From an uncultured virus (IMG/VR IMGVR_UViG_3300031836_000398) (Duplodnaviria > Heunggongvirae > Uroviricota > Caudoviricetes > Herelleviridae): DNA of 56,783 nt. The DNA is taken from the IMG/VR virus record IMGVR_UViG_3300031836_000398. One strand, written 5' to 3'. Below, in pieces: positions 1 through 9,827 of this stretch. The notes below the pieces were generated by a model, which worked only from the letters and a program-made list of their open reading frames with translations, had not been told where the DNA came from and searched no databases. Numbering within the stretch: the stretch's first letter is position 1; each line of letters starts with the position of its first letter. The position numbers and the translations under genes are program-made.

Positions 1-185
1 ATCTGCGCAATCCGCAGAAGTGGCCCTTTCCTGCCCGTTAGCAGACCGGAACGCGCCCAGACATGGGCGGTGTTGCCGGGTTCGCTGCACTTTTACTGCT
101 CCCTGACCAGAAGTGGAACAAAAGAATCCCAAGATTGACCAAGATTGGGTCGCAACTGGCGCGTTATGTACATAATGTCGGGATA

Positions 186-201
186 TGCTTAGAAACGAGT
201 A
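186..201. promoter_or_regulatory. 16-bp palindromic box (par operon)
   Basis: TGCTTAGAAACGAGTA; TATAAT at 224-229. Confidence 0.6.
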
Positions 202-252
202 GAAAACACTCGGTAAGTACTTATATAATACTGATCACAGAAAGGATGCGTC

Positions 253-678
253 ATGACCAACTCCCTGAGAAATGAAGATGCGAACGCTTCGGCGGCATCG
301 TCTTCGAGCGCACCCACTTCAGTTGGCCCTCAGACCCAACGACTTCGATTTACGGTTCCCGCTGCCGATCTAGCGGTACAGGAATGGATCGACGCCCAGG
401 ACAAGTGGAACTTGTCTGTTCGGGGGTTGATTCGTGAGTCCATCGAGCGCGACGGCTTTGTTGATTTCATCAACCGCCCCGTGCGCCAACAGCCCCGCCG
501 TGGTCGCCCATCGGTTGCCGATGATGCCGACGAGCAGTTCGAGCAGCCCGAGGCACAGCGCGAAACGGCCCCGTTGGCACCAGCCCCTGTTGCTCACTCG
601 CAGCCCGAGTTTGAGCCGGAGCAGTCAGCCGCAGAACAGGTCGAGGTCTCCGACCTCTTCGGTTCGCTTCGTAACTAG
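253..678 (+). CDS. Putative ParR-like partition adaptor / DNA-binding protein
   Basis: AAAGGA RBS before ATG 253; RHH-like segment (LRFTV...LSVRGLIRESIER) and acidic tail; directly upstream of a ParM-like actin. Function inferred from position. Confidence 0.55.
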   Translation: MTNSLRNEDANASAASSSSAPTSVGPQTQRLRFTVPAADLAVQEWIDAQDKWNLSVRGLIRESIERDGFVDFINRPVRQQPRRGRPSVADDADEQFEQPEAQRETAPLAPAPVAHSQPEFEPEQSAAEQVEVSDLFGSLRN

Positions 679-729
679 CCCCACCCCTCCACTTCACACT
701 TCAAAACTTTCCTGAAAGGAAACCCACAC

Positions 730-2037
730 ATGACTACTTCGATTTCTCTCACCGGCGGCGTTGACGTTGGCAATGGCTACGTCAAGGGCATCATCCGTGC
801 TGCAGTCCAGTCGGTGTCTGTACCTGCTGACGAGGTCGACCTGCCCAGCGGTGTCGCACTGATCACTCGCTCCAACTCGCTGCCGATCGCTGACATTGAT
901 GCACCGGCTGTCGTTCTCGGCGATTTCTTCAACGCGCTGGACATTAGCTTTGCTTCGCCGCTCATCGGCGACCAGTACCGTCGTCTCTTCGGGACTCGCG
1001 CTCTCACGGCACAGGGTGCCTTTGACGAGTTCGACGTTGTCGGACACCGCAGCAAGGCTCAGCAGGAGCTCAGCAAGGTTCTGGTCATGGGTACGTTCGC
1101 GGCCAAGGCTCTGCGTGACTACGTGCGCCTCAACGGTGCGCTTCCTCCCGCTGACGAGGCTCTGAGCGTTTCGGTGCGTGTTGCACTGGCTCTGCCGATC
1201 AACGAGTACCTGCAGCACCGTACGGCCTACGCCGCTGAGTTCATGACCGGTACGCACACCGCGACCATTCACAACTTCGAGACCTCGGTGTCGATCAAGC
1301 TTCGCTTCATCGACGTTCAGGTCATCCCCGAGGGTGCATCGGCACAGTACGCGATCACCGCCAAGGGTGAGCCTTTGATGGACGCCATGATTGCTGACGT
1401 GCGCAAGCGCGGTGTTGCTCTTGAGGGCATCACCTCAGCAGACGTGCTCGCGGCCAAGAACACCATCGGTATCGACATCGGTGAAGGCACCGTGAACTTC
1501 CCGGTCTTCACTGCTGGCAACTTCAACGCTGATGCGTCGACGACGTACGCCAAGGGCTACGGCTCGGTTCTCACTGATGCTCTCAAGGCAATGGAAGACC
1601 GTGGCTTCGCTTCGGGCTTCACGTCGCGCAAGCAGCTCGCAGACTACCTCCAAGCTGGCCCCTCGCCACTGAAGAAGAACTTCTACGACAAGGTTGCGAG
1701 CTTCGTTGAGGAAGAAATGCGCTTCTTCGCCAAGGAGGTCGCTGAGCAGTTCGGTCGTGTGCTGGCTGTAGTCGGTGCCACCACTGAGGTTGCCTACGTT
1801 TACGGCGGCGGCTCTGGCCCGATCAAGCAGTACCTGTACCCGGCGCTGCTGGCAAAGGCCACCGAGATGAACTCGGTTGATGCGTTCCCGGTGCTGTACC
1901 TCGACTCGAGCTACTCGCGCCACCTCAACCGTGAAGGTCTCTACCTCGCGGTGGAGACCATCGAACGCAAGGCTCGCGCTGCGGCCTTGTCCAGTGAAAC
2001 GACTAACCCGAAGGCGTTTGCTGCGACGGCTGTATAA
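730..2037 (+). CDS. parM: ParM/StbA-family actin-like partition ATPase
   Basis: Actin-fold motifs GGVDVGNGYVK, VIPEGASA, IGIDIGEGTVN and VYGGGSG; GAAAGGA RBS. Confidence 0.88.
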   Translation: MTTSISLTGGVDVGNGYVKGIIRAAVQSVSVPADEVDLPSGVALITRSNSLPIADIDAPAVVLGDFFNALDISFASPLIGDQYRRLFGTRALTAQGAFDEFDVVGHRSKAQQELSKVLVMGTFAAKALRDYVRLNGALPPADEALSVSVRVALALPINEYLQHRTAYAAEFMTGTHTATIHNFETSVSIKLRFIDVQVIPEGASAQYAITAKGEPLMDAMIADVRKRGVALEGITSADVLAAKNTIGIDIGEGTVNFPVFTAGNFNADASTTYAKGYGSVLTDALKAMEDRGFASGFTSRKQLADYLQAGPSPLKKNFYDKVASFVEEEMRFFAKEVAEQFGRVLAVVGATTEVAYVYGGGSGPIKQYLYPALLAKATEMNSVDAFPVLYLDSSYSRHLNREGLYLAVETIERKARAAALSSETTNPKAFAATAV

Positions 2038-2090
2038 GCATCATCGCCGTCTTCATAAGCCAAACCCGAAACAAGCAGAAGAGGAAACAC

Positions 2091-5000
2091 ATGTCCAATA
2101 ACTCAGTAGTAGACGAGAACCCCAGCGGTTCTCGTCATGCGCGATGGGGCGAACAGCGCTCCAAGCGCAGGCTGCGTCGCTCAGTGGGCGTCCGCCTTAT
2201 CGCTACGGCCGCTGCGGCGGCAATCGCGATCACCGGTCTGGTAACCCCGACGGAGCCCGCTTCGGCGGCGACCATCGGTCGCGGTTACACGGAGTCCATT
2301 GGTTGGCTTACCGCGTGGAGCGTCAACGGCGTCATGACGTACTGCCTTCAGCCAACACTTGGCGACCCCACCGGTACCAGCGTGTCCCAGGGAAATCAGC
2401 AGTGGGCTGGCATGAGTGCCAATGACAACGCTCGCGTCAACTTCGCGGTCACCCAGTACGGTCAGCGTGCTAACGACAACTGGGCAGCAGCAACTGTGCT
2501 GTATGTCTGGTCGACGGCTGACCCCCAAGGCTACATTGACCACACCAATGGTTACGCTACCAATCGGTCTGAGGCTGATCTGTACTACATGGATCGTGTG
2601 CCCTCCGCGCAGCGTTCAACGGTCACGAGCTACCTCTCTACGATCCGTTCAGGGGCGTCAAGCGTCACCGCAGCATCTACTACCGCTGGCTCTGTGACGA
2701 TGTCTCTGTGGGCTGACCTTGCCAACAACTACGTTGGTGAACTGCGCATCTCGAATATGTCTCCGTCGAACGCCACGGGTACGGTCACTCTGACCAACGG
2801 TGTCTTTGCTTCCACTGGCTCCAACGTGATGTCCGGTGTTCGCAACAACATGAACCTTGACATCGTGGGCGTGGCCCCCGATGACACCAAGAGCTACAAG
2901 ATCTACGCCAACGGTGTATTTGAGGGAGCCAGCAGCAGCGGTTACGCCGGTCAGGTGCAGATTTTCTCGCACTCCGCTGGACAGCAGCAGACCGCAGGCC
3001 CCGGCCCACAGCCGCGCACTAGGTTCACACAGTGGGCAGAAGACCCGACCGACCGCACGACGACGTTCTTGCCGGTGGTTGGTACTCAGGTCAGCAGCAA
3101 GTTCGTTGGAATCGGTGAAGAGTTCAGCGACGAGCTGACCTTCGACACAACCGCCGACGCAGATGGTCTGAACAACCCCTGGTACAAGAACAGCGCCGGT
3201 CGCTACATTCCGATCATCGCAAAGGGAACTTTGTACGGCCCATCGTCAACTCCTTACACGGAGTCAGACCAAGCCCCCGCAGGTGCCGCTATTGCAGCTT
3301 CAGGCGTTACTGTCACCACGACGGCTGAAGATGGCCCGACTGTTGATTACACCGCTTCGAGCGGTGTTACCTCGAACGCTTCTGGGTATTACACCTGGGT
3401 GTGGGAAATCAAGCAGAGCGACCAGCCAAGCAGCAACCCGAACGTTCAGCAGTTCTTGCCTGACGGCTACGCGTTCACTGACCGTTTTGGTCAGGCTGTA
3501 GAGACTCACGTCACTCGATTCCAGCCCTCGGCTGAATCTAAGGTGACAGAGGCAATCGTTGACGTCGGAGACTCGATCACCGATGAGCTGACTGTATCGG
3601 CAAGTGCGGGAACCTGGCCCACGGGCGTAGACGTTCTCTTTGAGGGAACGGCATACGCTGTGGCCTCAGACACCAAACCGACTACAAGCTCAACTGTTCC
3701 CGCTGACGCTGTAGTAATCGGCACCTCTACGATCACCGCAGACGAGCCGGGTGCTTACACCTCACCCGCTGCAAGCGGAACCGTTCTGGCTGACGCTGGA
3801 TACGTTGTTTGGGTCTGGAAGGTCGACAAGAACAACCAGAGCAATAACGCAGAAGCGCTTATCTTGAACGACTGGGCTGACGACTTCGGCATCACGGCCG
3901 AAACCAGCACCGTTCGTTTTCAGCCGCGCGTAACGACCGAGGTTTCAACCAAGATCGTCAAGGTTGGCGAGGCATTTGCAGACACGATCACCTTCTCTGC
4001 TTCGCAGGGACAGTGGCATGAGGGAACCGTCATCACCGCTAATGCGACCTTGTACGGCCCGATGCTGCACGAACCTGAAGTGCTGACGGATGCGCCCTTC
4101 TATGCGCGCAACGCAGGTACCGTCACGGTTACTACGGATGAGCCCGGTACGAAGATCACACCGGACACGCTCGTTGCAGAAGAGACTGGTTTCTATACGT
4201 GGGTCGTCGAGATCGTCAAGAGCGAACAGGCTGCGGCAACTCAGCCGCTTATCGTTGATGGCTTCAAGGACAAGTTCGGTCTTGCCCCTGAGACTCACGT
4301 AAGCCCGTCGACGCTTGATGGAACATCGAAGGTTTCTGAAGAAGAAATCGCGCTTTCCGGTACTGTCTTCGACACACTGACGGTTTCGCTGGGTAAGTCG
4401 GGTGGCTGGCTCATGAAGGACTCTGAACGCATCACGGTCAACTTCCGTGCCACCGCGTACTTCGTTCCGGGTGAGACTGCCCCTGCTGTCTCGGGCACTG
4501 TTCCTGAGTCCGCAACAATGATCGAATCGTTCATTGTTCCGACCAACAAGGTTGGCGCAATCGTGACCCCGGCTATCACCGCTCCGGATGCGACTGCTGG
4601 ATACGTCAGCTGGGTCTGGGAAATCCTCGATGAGGATCAGCCAGAAGACGTGCGCGGCTACGTTGCTGAGTGGAACGACCAGTTTGGTCTTGTTGATGAA
4701 ACCACCAAGGTAGTTGCTCCTGAGGTAACAACCTCGGCCCAGCCCATCGGTGCATTCTTCGGAACCGCAACCGACACGGCAACCATCACGGGCACGATGC
4801 CTGCAACGCCGAGCACTTTGGCGTTCAGCCTCTACCTTGCCCCTGAGGGCGCTGAGATCACCGAGATCTGCACGGCTGACAACCTCGTCTACACGAATTT
4901 GGAAGACGGGCAGATCGTTACGGCAACTGGCGAGTACACCTCACCTGAGTTCCCGTTGGGTGGCTTCGGTACCTACGCGTGGGTCGAAACTCTTATCTCC

Positions 5001-6089
5001 GATAAGGGAAACGTCATTCACGAGGGCGCTTGTGGTATCACGAACGAGCTCACCACTGTCGAGGTTCCTGACGTCACGACGCTGGCGATGCCACTGGCAA
5101 CGGTGGTTGACCCCATCTTTGACACGGCAGTTGTCAACGGCTCTGTTCCTGACAACACCGTTCTCGAGTTCGAGCTTTACAAGAAACCAACGGCGCCTGA
5201 AGCGGGCGACTTCAAGTACGACGCTGATGGCAACGTCACCGACGTTGCCTGGACTCAGGAAGAAGTTGACGCTCAAAGCGACGAAGCAGTATGTGACGTT
5301 TCCAACCTCGTTGCGACGACTAGCCGCATTGCGGTTACCGCTGGTAGCAACGATTACGTCGAGTACGTTTCTCCTGACGTGAATGTCAGCGAGACCGGTA
5401 CCTACTGGTGGGTTGAACGCCTCATCGTCGAAACTCCTAGTGGTGACGTTGTTGTGCTGACCGGTGAATGTGGTCTTGCGACCGAAACCACTGAGGTCTC
5501 GGATCCGGTGGTTACGAGTAACGCTGTTGGTTCTGTTGAACTCGGCGAAGAGGCGCACGATGTCGCGACCGTCATTGGCCCGATCCCCGGTGAGAACTCG
5601 GGCGTCCGCGCCGAGCTCACCTTCGAGGCATTCGAGGCAGTTGAGGCAGTCGAATCGACAGACGCCACGGACTCCACGGAGCCTGCGGAGGTCTGTGCTG
5701 TAGACAACCGCGTGTTCAACCTTGATGAGCCAATCATCGTCACCGCAGCCGGCGACTACGCATCATCGTCGGTTGTCTTCCCGAAGACGGGCACGTACTA
5801 CTGGGTTGAAACCCTGGCGTACGTCAACATTGCAACCGATGAGCGCACTGTCGTTCATGTCGGTGAATGTGGTCTGCCTGAAGAGACGACGATCGTCACG
5901 GCTGTGCCAGTTGTACCTGGAACCTTGGCGTTCACGGGATCAAGTAGCATCGCGACGTTGCTGGTTTCCGGAAGCGTTGCGCTGCTGATTCTGGGAATCG
6001 GTCTGAGCTTTCTCGCGTGGCGCAACCGTCGCCGCAAGGCAACGACAACAACAACTACAACAGCACCTGTTGGGATCCTGGAAGCGTAA
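2091..6089 (+). CDS. Large sortase-anchored surface protein (putative mating adhesin)
   Basis: Signal peptide ending ...PASA; YCLQP motif in the N-terminal domain; seven repeats with a G-x-[YV]-x-W-V core; C-terminal LAFTG, hydrophobic helix and RNRRRK tail. Confidence 0.8.
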   Translation: MSNNSVVDENPSGSRHARWGEQRSKRRLRRSVGVRLIATAAAAAIAITGLVTPTEPASAATIGRGYTESIGWLTAWSVNGVMTYCLQPTLGDPTGTSVSQGNQQWAGMSANDNARVNFAVTQYGQRANDNWAAATVLYVWSTADPQGYIDHTNGYATNRSEADLYYMDRVPSAQRSTVTSYLSTIRSGASSVTAASTTAGSVTMSLWADLANNYVGELRISNMSPSNATGTVTLTNGVFASTGSNVMSGVRNNMNLDIVGVAPDDTKSYKIYANGVFEGASSSGYAGQVQIFSHSAGQQQTAGPGPQPRTRFTQWAEDPTDRTTTFLPVVGTQVSSKFVGIGEEFSDELTFDTTADADGLNNPWYKNSAGRYIPIIAKGTLYGPSSTPYTESDQAPAGAAIAASGVTVTTTAEDGPTVDYTASSGVTSNASGYYTWVWEIKQSDQPSSNPNVQQFLPDGYAFTDRFGQAVETHVTRFQPSAESKVTEAIVDVGDSITDELTVSASAGTWPTGVDVLFEGTAYAVASDTKPTTSSTVPADAVVIGTSTITADEPGAYTSPAASGTVLADAGYVVWVWKVDKNNQSNNAEALILNDWADDFGITAETSTVRFQPRVTTEVSTKIVKVGEAFADTITFSASQGQWHEGTVITANATLYGPMLHEPEVLTDAPFYARNAGTVTVTTDEPGTKITPDTLVAEETGFYTWVVEIVKSEQAAATQPLIVDGFKDKFGLAPETHVSPSTLDGTSKVSEEEIALSGTVFDTLTVSLGKSGGWLMKDSERITVNFRATAYFVPGETAPAVSGTVPESATMIESFIVPTNKVGAIVTPAITAPDATAGYVSWVWEILDEDQPEDVRGYVAEWNDQFGLVDETTKVVAPEVTTSAQPIGAFFGTATDTATITGTMPATPSTLAFSLYLAPEGAEITEICTADNLVYTNLEDGQIVTATGEYTSPEFPLGGFGTYAWVETLISDKGNVIHEGACGITNELTTVEVPDVTTLAMPLATVVDPIFDTAVVNGSVPDNTVLEFELYKKPTAPEAGDFKYDADGNVTDVAWTQEEVDAQSDEAVCDVSNLVATTSRIAVTAGSNDYVEYVSPDVNVSETGTYWWVERLIVETPSGDVVVLTGECGLATETTEVSDPVVTSNAVGSVELGEEAHDVATVIGPIPGENSGVRAELTFEAFEAVEAVESTDATDSTEPAEVCAVDNRVFNLDEPIIVTAAGDYASSSVVFPKTGTYYWVETLAYVNIATDERTVVHVGECGLPEETTIVTAVPVVPGTLAFTGSSSIATLLVSGSVALLILGIGLSFLAWRNRRRKATTTTTTTAPVGILEA

Positions 6090-6128
6090 GCGTTCAGCAT
6101 CACAACCCGAGCATCGAAGTTCGTAAAA

Positions 6129-6166
6129 AAAGAAGCCCCATCCGGGTAACCGGGTGGGGCTTCTTT
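6129..6166. terminator. Bidirectional intrinsic terminator
   Basis: AAAGAAGCCCCATCCGG-GTAA-CCGGGTGGGGCTTCTTT hairpin between convergent genes. Confidence 0.8.
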
Positions 6167-6320
6167 GGTGTGTACGAAATAGAAAATCCCGCGCGAGCTG
6201 CTTACGCAGTCGCTACGGGATTCTCCTATGGAGTTGTGTTGTTCATACACTCGCTGGTGCTCACGGCCGGGCGAGCGCCAACGAGAGTACGTGTGTGATC
6301 GCTGTGGCTGTGGCTGTGGC

Positions 6321-6782
6321 TTATGCCTGAGCCGCTGCGAACGGAGCGTCAGCTTCGTAGTCAGCGCTTTCGCCAGCCTGAGCTGCGGCAGGAGCCGAAG
6401 AGTCAGCTGCGCGTGCGGCAACGCGAGCCTGAGTCGTGGTGCGTGACTCGAGGAAGCGGATGTTGTCGATGACAACCTTCGGCGTCGGGTAGACGAGCTT
6501 GTTCGTCTTCTTGTCGACGTAGGGCATCTGCTCGATGTGCGAGGCAACTGCTACCTGGTCACCGGCGTGAACGTTGCCGAACGGGCCAAGGCCATCGACG
6601 GTGCTGGAGATGAAGGCTTCGAGGGAGATCTGGTCAGAGATCGTCTTGTTGTCTTGTCCGCGGTATGCGCGGTCAACGTAGAGCGTGATGAGAACCTTCT
6701 TGGAACCGTCAGCGTTATCGAAACGCTTGGGGTCTGAAGCGAGGCGGCCGATGAGGTTCGCGTTGTTGGTTGCGTTTGACAT
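6321..6782 (-). CDS. ssb: Single-stranded DNA-binding protein
   Basis: NNANLIGRLASDP OB-fold start and acidic ...YEADAPF tail; start placed at ATG 6782 behind a GGAGA RBS (153 aa). Confidence 0.88.
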   Translation of the reverse strand: MSNATNNANLIGRLASDPKRFDNADGSKKVLITLYVDRAYRGQDNKTISDQISLEAFISSTVDGLGPFGNVHAGDQVAVASHIEQMPYVDKKTNKLVYPTPKVVIDNIRFLESRTTTQARVAARAADSSAPAAAQAGESADYEADAPFAAAQA

Positions 6783-6899
6783 GGTGGTTTCTCCTGTGAT
6801 TTGAGGTATGACTCTGCTGGGCGGTTGCTCGGCGTGACGTGAGTCTGGATTGTTCAACTTCTTTCCCGAGACAGCTGGGCTGACTGGGTGTTGCGACAG

Positions 6900-7101
6900 T
6901 GTCGCTAGGCGGGGATTGAACCCGCCATCTGTGCCTGTGCCGGTTGTGTTGTAATCGCTGAGAATGGGAGACAGTACGGTTACTCAAGATTCTTCGTTCG
7001 GTTCACGCATAGTGATGTGTACGAAGAGTGGAATGAGTCCGCTACTGGCCTCTCAGTGATTCTTATTTCGGAGCACGGCTCTGCCGTTGAGCTATAGCGA
7101 C
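6900..7101 (-). ncRNA. tRNA-like RNA with a 136-nt hairpin replacing the anticodon loop
   Basis: Minus strand: acceptor GTCGCTA/TAGCGAC; T8A9; D arm GCTC-AACGGCA-GAGC; anticodon stem GTGCT/GGCAC; variable AGAT; T arm GGCGGG-TTCAATC-CCCGCC; discriminator A, no encoded CCA. The insert forms nested helices. Confidence 0.75.
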
Positions 7102-7319
7102 TTTGCCTCGTGCAGAGACTGTTTCGTGATGACTTATGGACGCGTGTTGACTGTCCAAACCAAGCCATCACGAGGCAGTGAGCTGCAGAGTGGGATCTCT
7201 TTGAATCCCTTGCATTTCTTCTCCCGAAGCAGCTGCGCTGCTCGGTTCTCCCGCTTGTGCTTGTGCTTTACGCCTTTGGCTTTTGCCGGGCTTCAGCCGA
7301 CCTCACATTCGGGCACTGG

Positions 7320-7886
7320 TTAGATCTCTTCGAGGTGATCGCTGTATGACACGAAGCTCTTGTTGGGATTGATCGTGGCGATCGGTCGGATGATGATGAC
7401 ACCGTTGGGCTCACCATCTTCGTGGTTGAGATTCCGGTAGAAAATCTCGACACCTTCTGTGCTCGCGATGTCGATGTCGTCGCCACGCTCGGTGGTGAGG
7501 ATTACCGCGCGCACTTGATGAATGCGTTCGATTAGCCCTCGGTCTGGTTCGAGCCATTGTGCTGGCATCTCATCACGTCTGCGGAGCTGAGCCGTAGGAA
7601 TCTCGTAGACCCACAGGCCGCCCCGGTGGGTGGAAACCCAAAAGCTGCCCAGGAGGGATGCTCGAATCTTGCCCAGGAACTTTTCGTCCCAGGAGTAGCC
7701 GCCGGCAACAGCTTTGATTTCGATGACCTCGCGGCCGAAACGGTCTAGCTTCGGTGCAGATATGCAAATATCGCCATAGGACAGGATCTTGCCAATCCAC
7801 GCAATAAAGTCGTTGAGGGTGCCGTAGAAGCCTTCGTGGAGAGCGTCAGATACTTCGGTTTCAGGGGCAAAGGCGTTGCTGTTCAT
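7320..7886 (-). CDS. Hypothetical protein (188 aa)
   Basis: ATG with purine-rich upstream sequence; globular composition; no motif recognised. Confidence 0.7.
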   Translation of the reverse strand: MNSNAFAPETEVSDALHEGFYGTLNDFIAWIGKILSYGDICISAPKLDRFGREVIEIKAVAGGYSWDEKFLGKIRASLLGSFWVSTHRGGLWVYEIPTAQLRRRDEMPAQWLEPDRGLIERIHQVRAVILTTERGDDIDIASTEGVEIFYRNLNHEDGEPNGVIIIRPIATINPNKSFVSYSDHLEEI

Positions 7887-7970
7887 GAGAGAGCTCTCTC
7901 TTTCTTTTGTTGGTGGGATCTGACCGGTCGGGTCGCCTCGTGATGAGACGACCCGATGGTGGGGGTGGCT

Positions 7971-8249
7971 TCAGCCGGCCTCGCCACGGACGAGATTGGC
8001 TAACGCCTGGGCGTAGGCGTGCTTTGTTCGTTCGACAAGCATTTGCTCGTTGAGGTCGTGCTGACCAGGGAGGTCATACGCGCTATCCATCGCCATGATT
8101 GCCGCGGCAAGATTTACGCGGGCTTCAGCTTCAGCTTTCCGCAGGTCAGGGTGGGCTTCGCGTGCGAACGCGAGACGCGCGATAGCGCTGACCTTGTGGA
8201 CTTCGTGCTCGACATCGACTGTGGTCTCCGGTGTTTCGGTGGTAGCCAT
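7971..8249 (-). CDS. Hypothetical helical protein
   Basis: GAAAGG RBS; start taken at MATTETP. Confidence 0.65.
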   Translation of the reverse strand: MATTETPETTVDVEHEVHKVSAIARLAFAREAHPDLRKAEAEARVNLAAAIMAMDSAYDLPGQHDLNEQMLVERTKHAYAQALANLVRGEAG

Positions 8250-8312
8250 GAGGTTCACAGCCTTTCTGCTGAGTAGTCAGCATTGATGGGTTCGACAAGT
8301 ACCCGCGGTGGG

Positions 8313-8813
8313 CTACTTTCTGTTCAGAGTCTCGATGAGCTCGGACTGACGAGTGATCTCGACCAGGCACGCGTCGAGTGTGTCCGCGAGCCGAGTCAAC
8401 GTCGCGCGGTGCGGCGTGTAGTTGTTCTCGGCGCTCCAACGAGTGCTGGAAATGACCTGCTCGATGTTGTGAGTATCGAATCGTGGTTGCGAGTTGACCG
8501 GTGTGGTGGTCAGCTCGGGCGCAGGATCTGCACGCACAGTCACGATCTGATCGAAGGCGTCTGCTGCCGCGAGCAACGCAGCGTGATCGCCTAGATGGAA
8601 GACCCGTTTGTAGCTGTCGCTGCTCACGAGTTGGGCACAGCGCGCTGTGCTGAACGCGACGAACTGGTGTTCTAGCTCGCTACAGCGGTGGCAGTGACTT
8701 GGGCCCTCATACGGGATGCAGTCGCACTCGAAGTGAGGCGGAAGTTGCATCCCTTGGAAGGGGCTCGCGGCAATGTTGACTTCGAGCTCGCGCATGTCGG
8801 TTGTACTGGTCAC
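8313..8813 (-). CDS. Hypothetical protein with Cys/His cluster
   Basis: GTG at 8813 behind AAGGA, overlapping the upstream stop (GTGA); CDC...HCHRC cluster may bind metal. Confidence 0.55.
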   Translation of the reverse strand: MTSTTDMRELEVNIAASPFQGMQLPPHFECDCIPYEGPSHCHRCSELEHQFVAFSTARCAQLVSSDSYKRVFHLGDHAALLAAADAFDQIVTVRADPAPELTTTPVNSQPRFDTHNIEQVISSTRWSAENNYTPHRATLTRLADTLDACLVEITRQSELIETLNRK

Positions 8814-9175
8814 GATGAGGATTTCCTTTGCTTGTGCGCGCGTAGCGCGTGGGCTCGAGTGGCGGTGGCGTCGGGACGGTTCCACGACATGACATAGGGC
8901 TCACGATGTGGTTGCTTGGTGAAGCCGCCGATGTCGCGGTTCTGCACCTTGCGTGCGATCCAGCTCGGCAGGCGCACCATCCACGCGGGGATGTGCGCCC
9001 AAGCCAGGGAGCCGACTTTGATCATCAGTGGGGAGTAGGTGCTGTTCTTGCCCAGGCGAAAGAAATACACGCTGGTTGCCCAGCTCGGGTAAATCGACGG
9101 CAGGGAGTAGGTGCTGATGTAGCCAGTTTTGCGACGAAGCGCGAACTGGATCAGTGGTTCACGGCGGTGAGCCAT
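8810..9175 (-). CDS. Hypothetical basic protein (121 aa)
   Basis: Start and stop overlap both neighbours, suggesting translational coupling. Confidence 0.5.
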   Translation of the reverse strand: MAHRREPLIQFALRRKTGYISTYSLPSIYPSWATSVYFFRLGKNSTYSPLMIKVGSLAWAHIPAWMVRLPSWIARKVQNRDIGGFTKQPHREPYVMSWNRPDATATRAHALRAHKQRKSSS

Positions 9176-9384
9176 TAGAGGCTTTCCGGTCGTGATTCGA
9201 GTGGGTTTTTCAGCCCCGCGACGAGACAGTTGACAGTAGTGACGAACTCCCGGAAGGTTTCAGCCTTGCCGTAGTTGCTGTCAGCCTCAGCGACAGCAAC
9301 GTTGGCGGCCAAGTAGAGGCGAAGCTTGTTGACGTCTTCAAAAGAGGCCGGCGTAGTGGTGAATGTTGCAGTGGGTGTAGCCAT
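9175..9384 (-). CDS. Hypothetical protein (69 aa)
   Basis: ATG 9384 (MATPTAT) behind an AAAGGGG RBS. Confidence 0.55.
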   Translation of the reverse strand: MATPTATFTTTPASFEDVNKLRLYLAANVAVAEADSNYGKAETFREFVTTVNCLVAGLKNPLESRPESL

Positions 9385-9475
9385 GATGATCCCCTTTCGA
9401 GGGTTGGTGAGTGATTGGGACAAAGAAGCAACCGCTCGGCCCGAGTGGGTCGAGCGGTTGCTGTCTGAGGTGACG

Positions 9476-9808
9476 CTAGACCAGCACGCGAACTTGGTAC
9501 GCGATGCTGTTGAATTGACCGAGGGTGTACTTGGCGACGATGCGCACGATCCCCATGTCAACGAGTGACTGGGTTAGACCGGAGTGTTCACTCCAGTCTT
9601 TGATCATGACGCAGCCGTCGATCGGCTCAAGACCGGCACTCTCGAGGTTGGTCGAGATAATCTCGCGCTCACCGTCTTTCTGGTCGATCAGAGCAAGGGC
9701 GCTCTGGCTCGGGTAGAAGATGATGTCGCCGGTCAGGGCAATAGCGCTGAACTGTGCGGTGATGTTTTCGCGCACCGTGATTGGTGTAGCGACGTTGCTT
9801 TCAGTCAT
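9476..9808 (-). CDS. Hypothetical protein (110 aa)
   Basis: AAAGG RBS; followed by a strong hairpin at about 9427-9462. Confidence 0.65.
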   Translation of the reverse strand: MTESNVATPITVRENITAQFSAIALTGDIIFYPSQSALALIDQKDGEREIISTNLESAGLEPIDGCVMIKDWSEHSGLTQSLVDMGIVRIVAKYTLGQFNSIAYQVRVLV

Positions 9809-9827
9809 GGGTGCTGCCTTTCAGTCT

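Noticed and set aside
120..150. CCAAGATTG x2 as the parC centromere
   Set aside because: Only two copies; too little to support a call.
6900..7101. Canonical tRNA, tmRNA or group I intron-containing tRNA
   Set aside because: No 7-nt anticodon loop; D stem present and no G3:U70; the insert is a simple rod ending in A, not the terminal G of group I introns.
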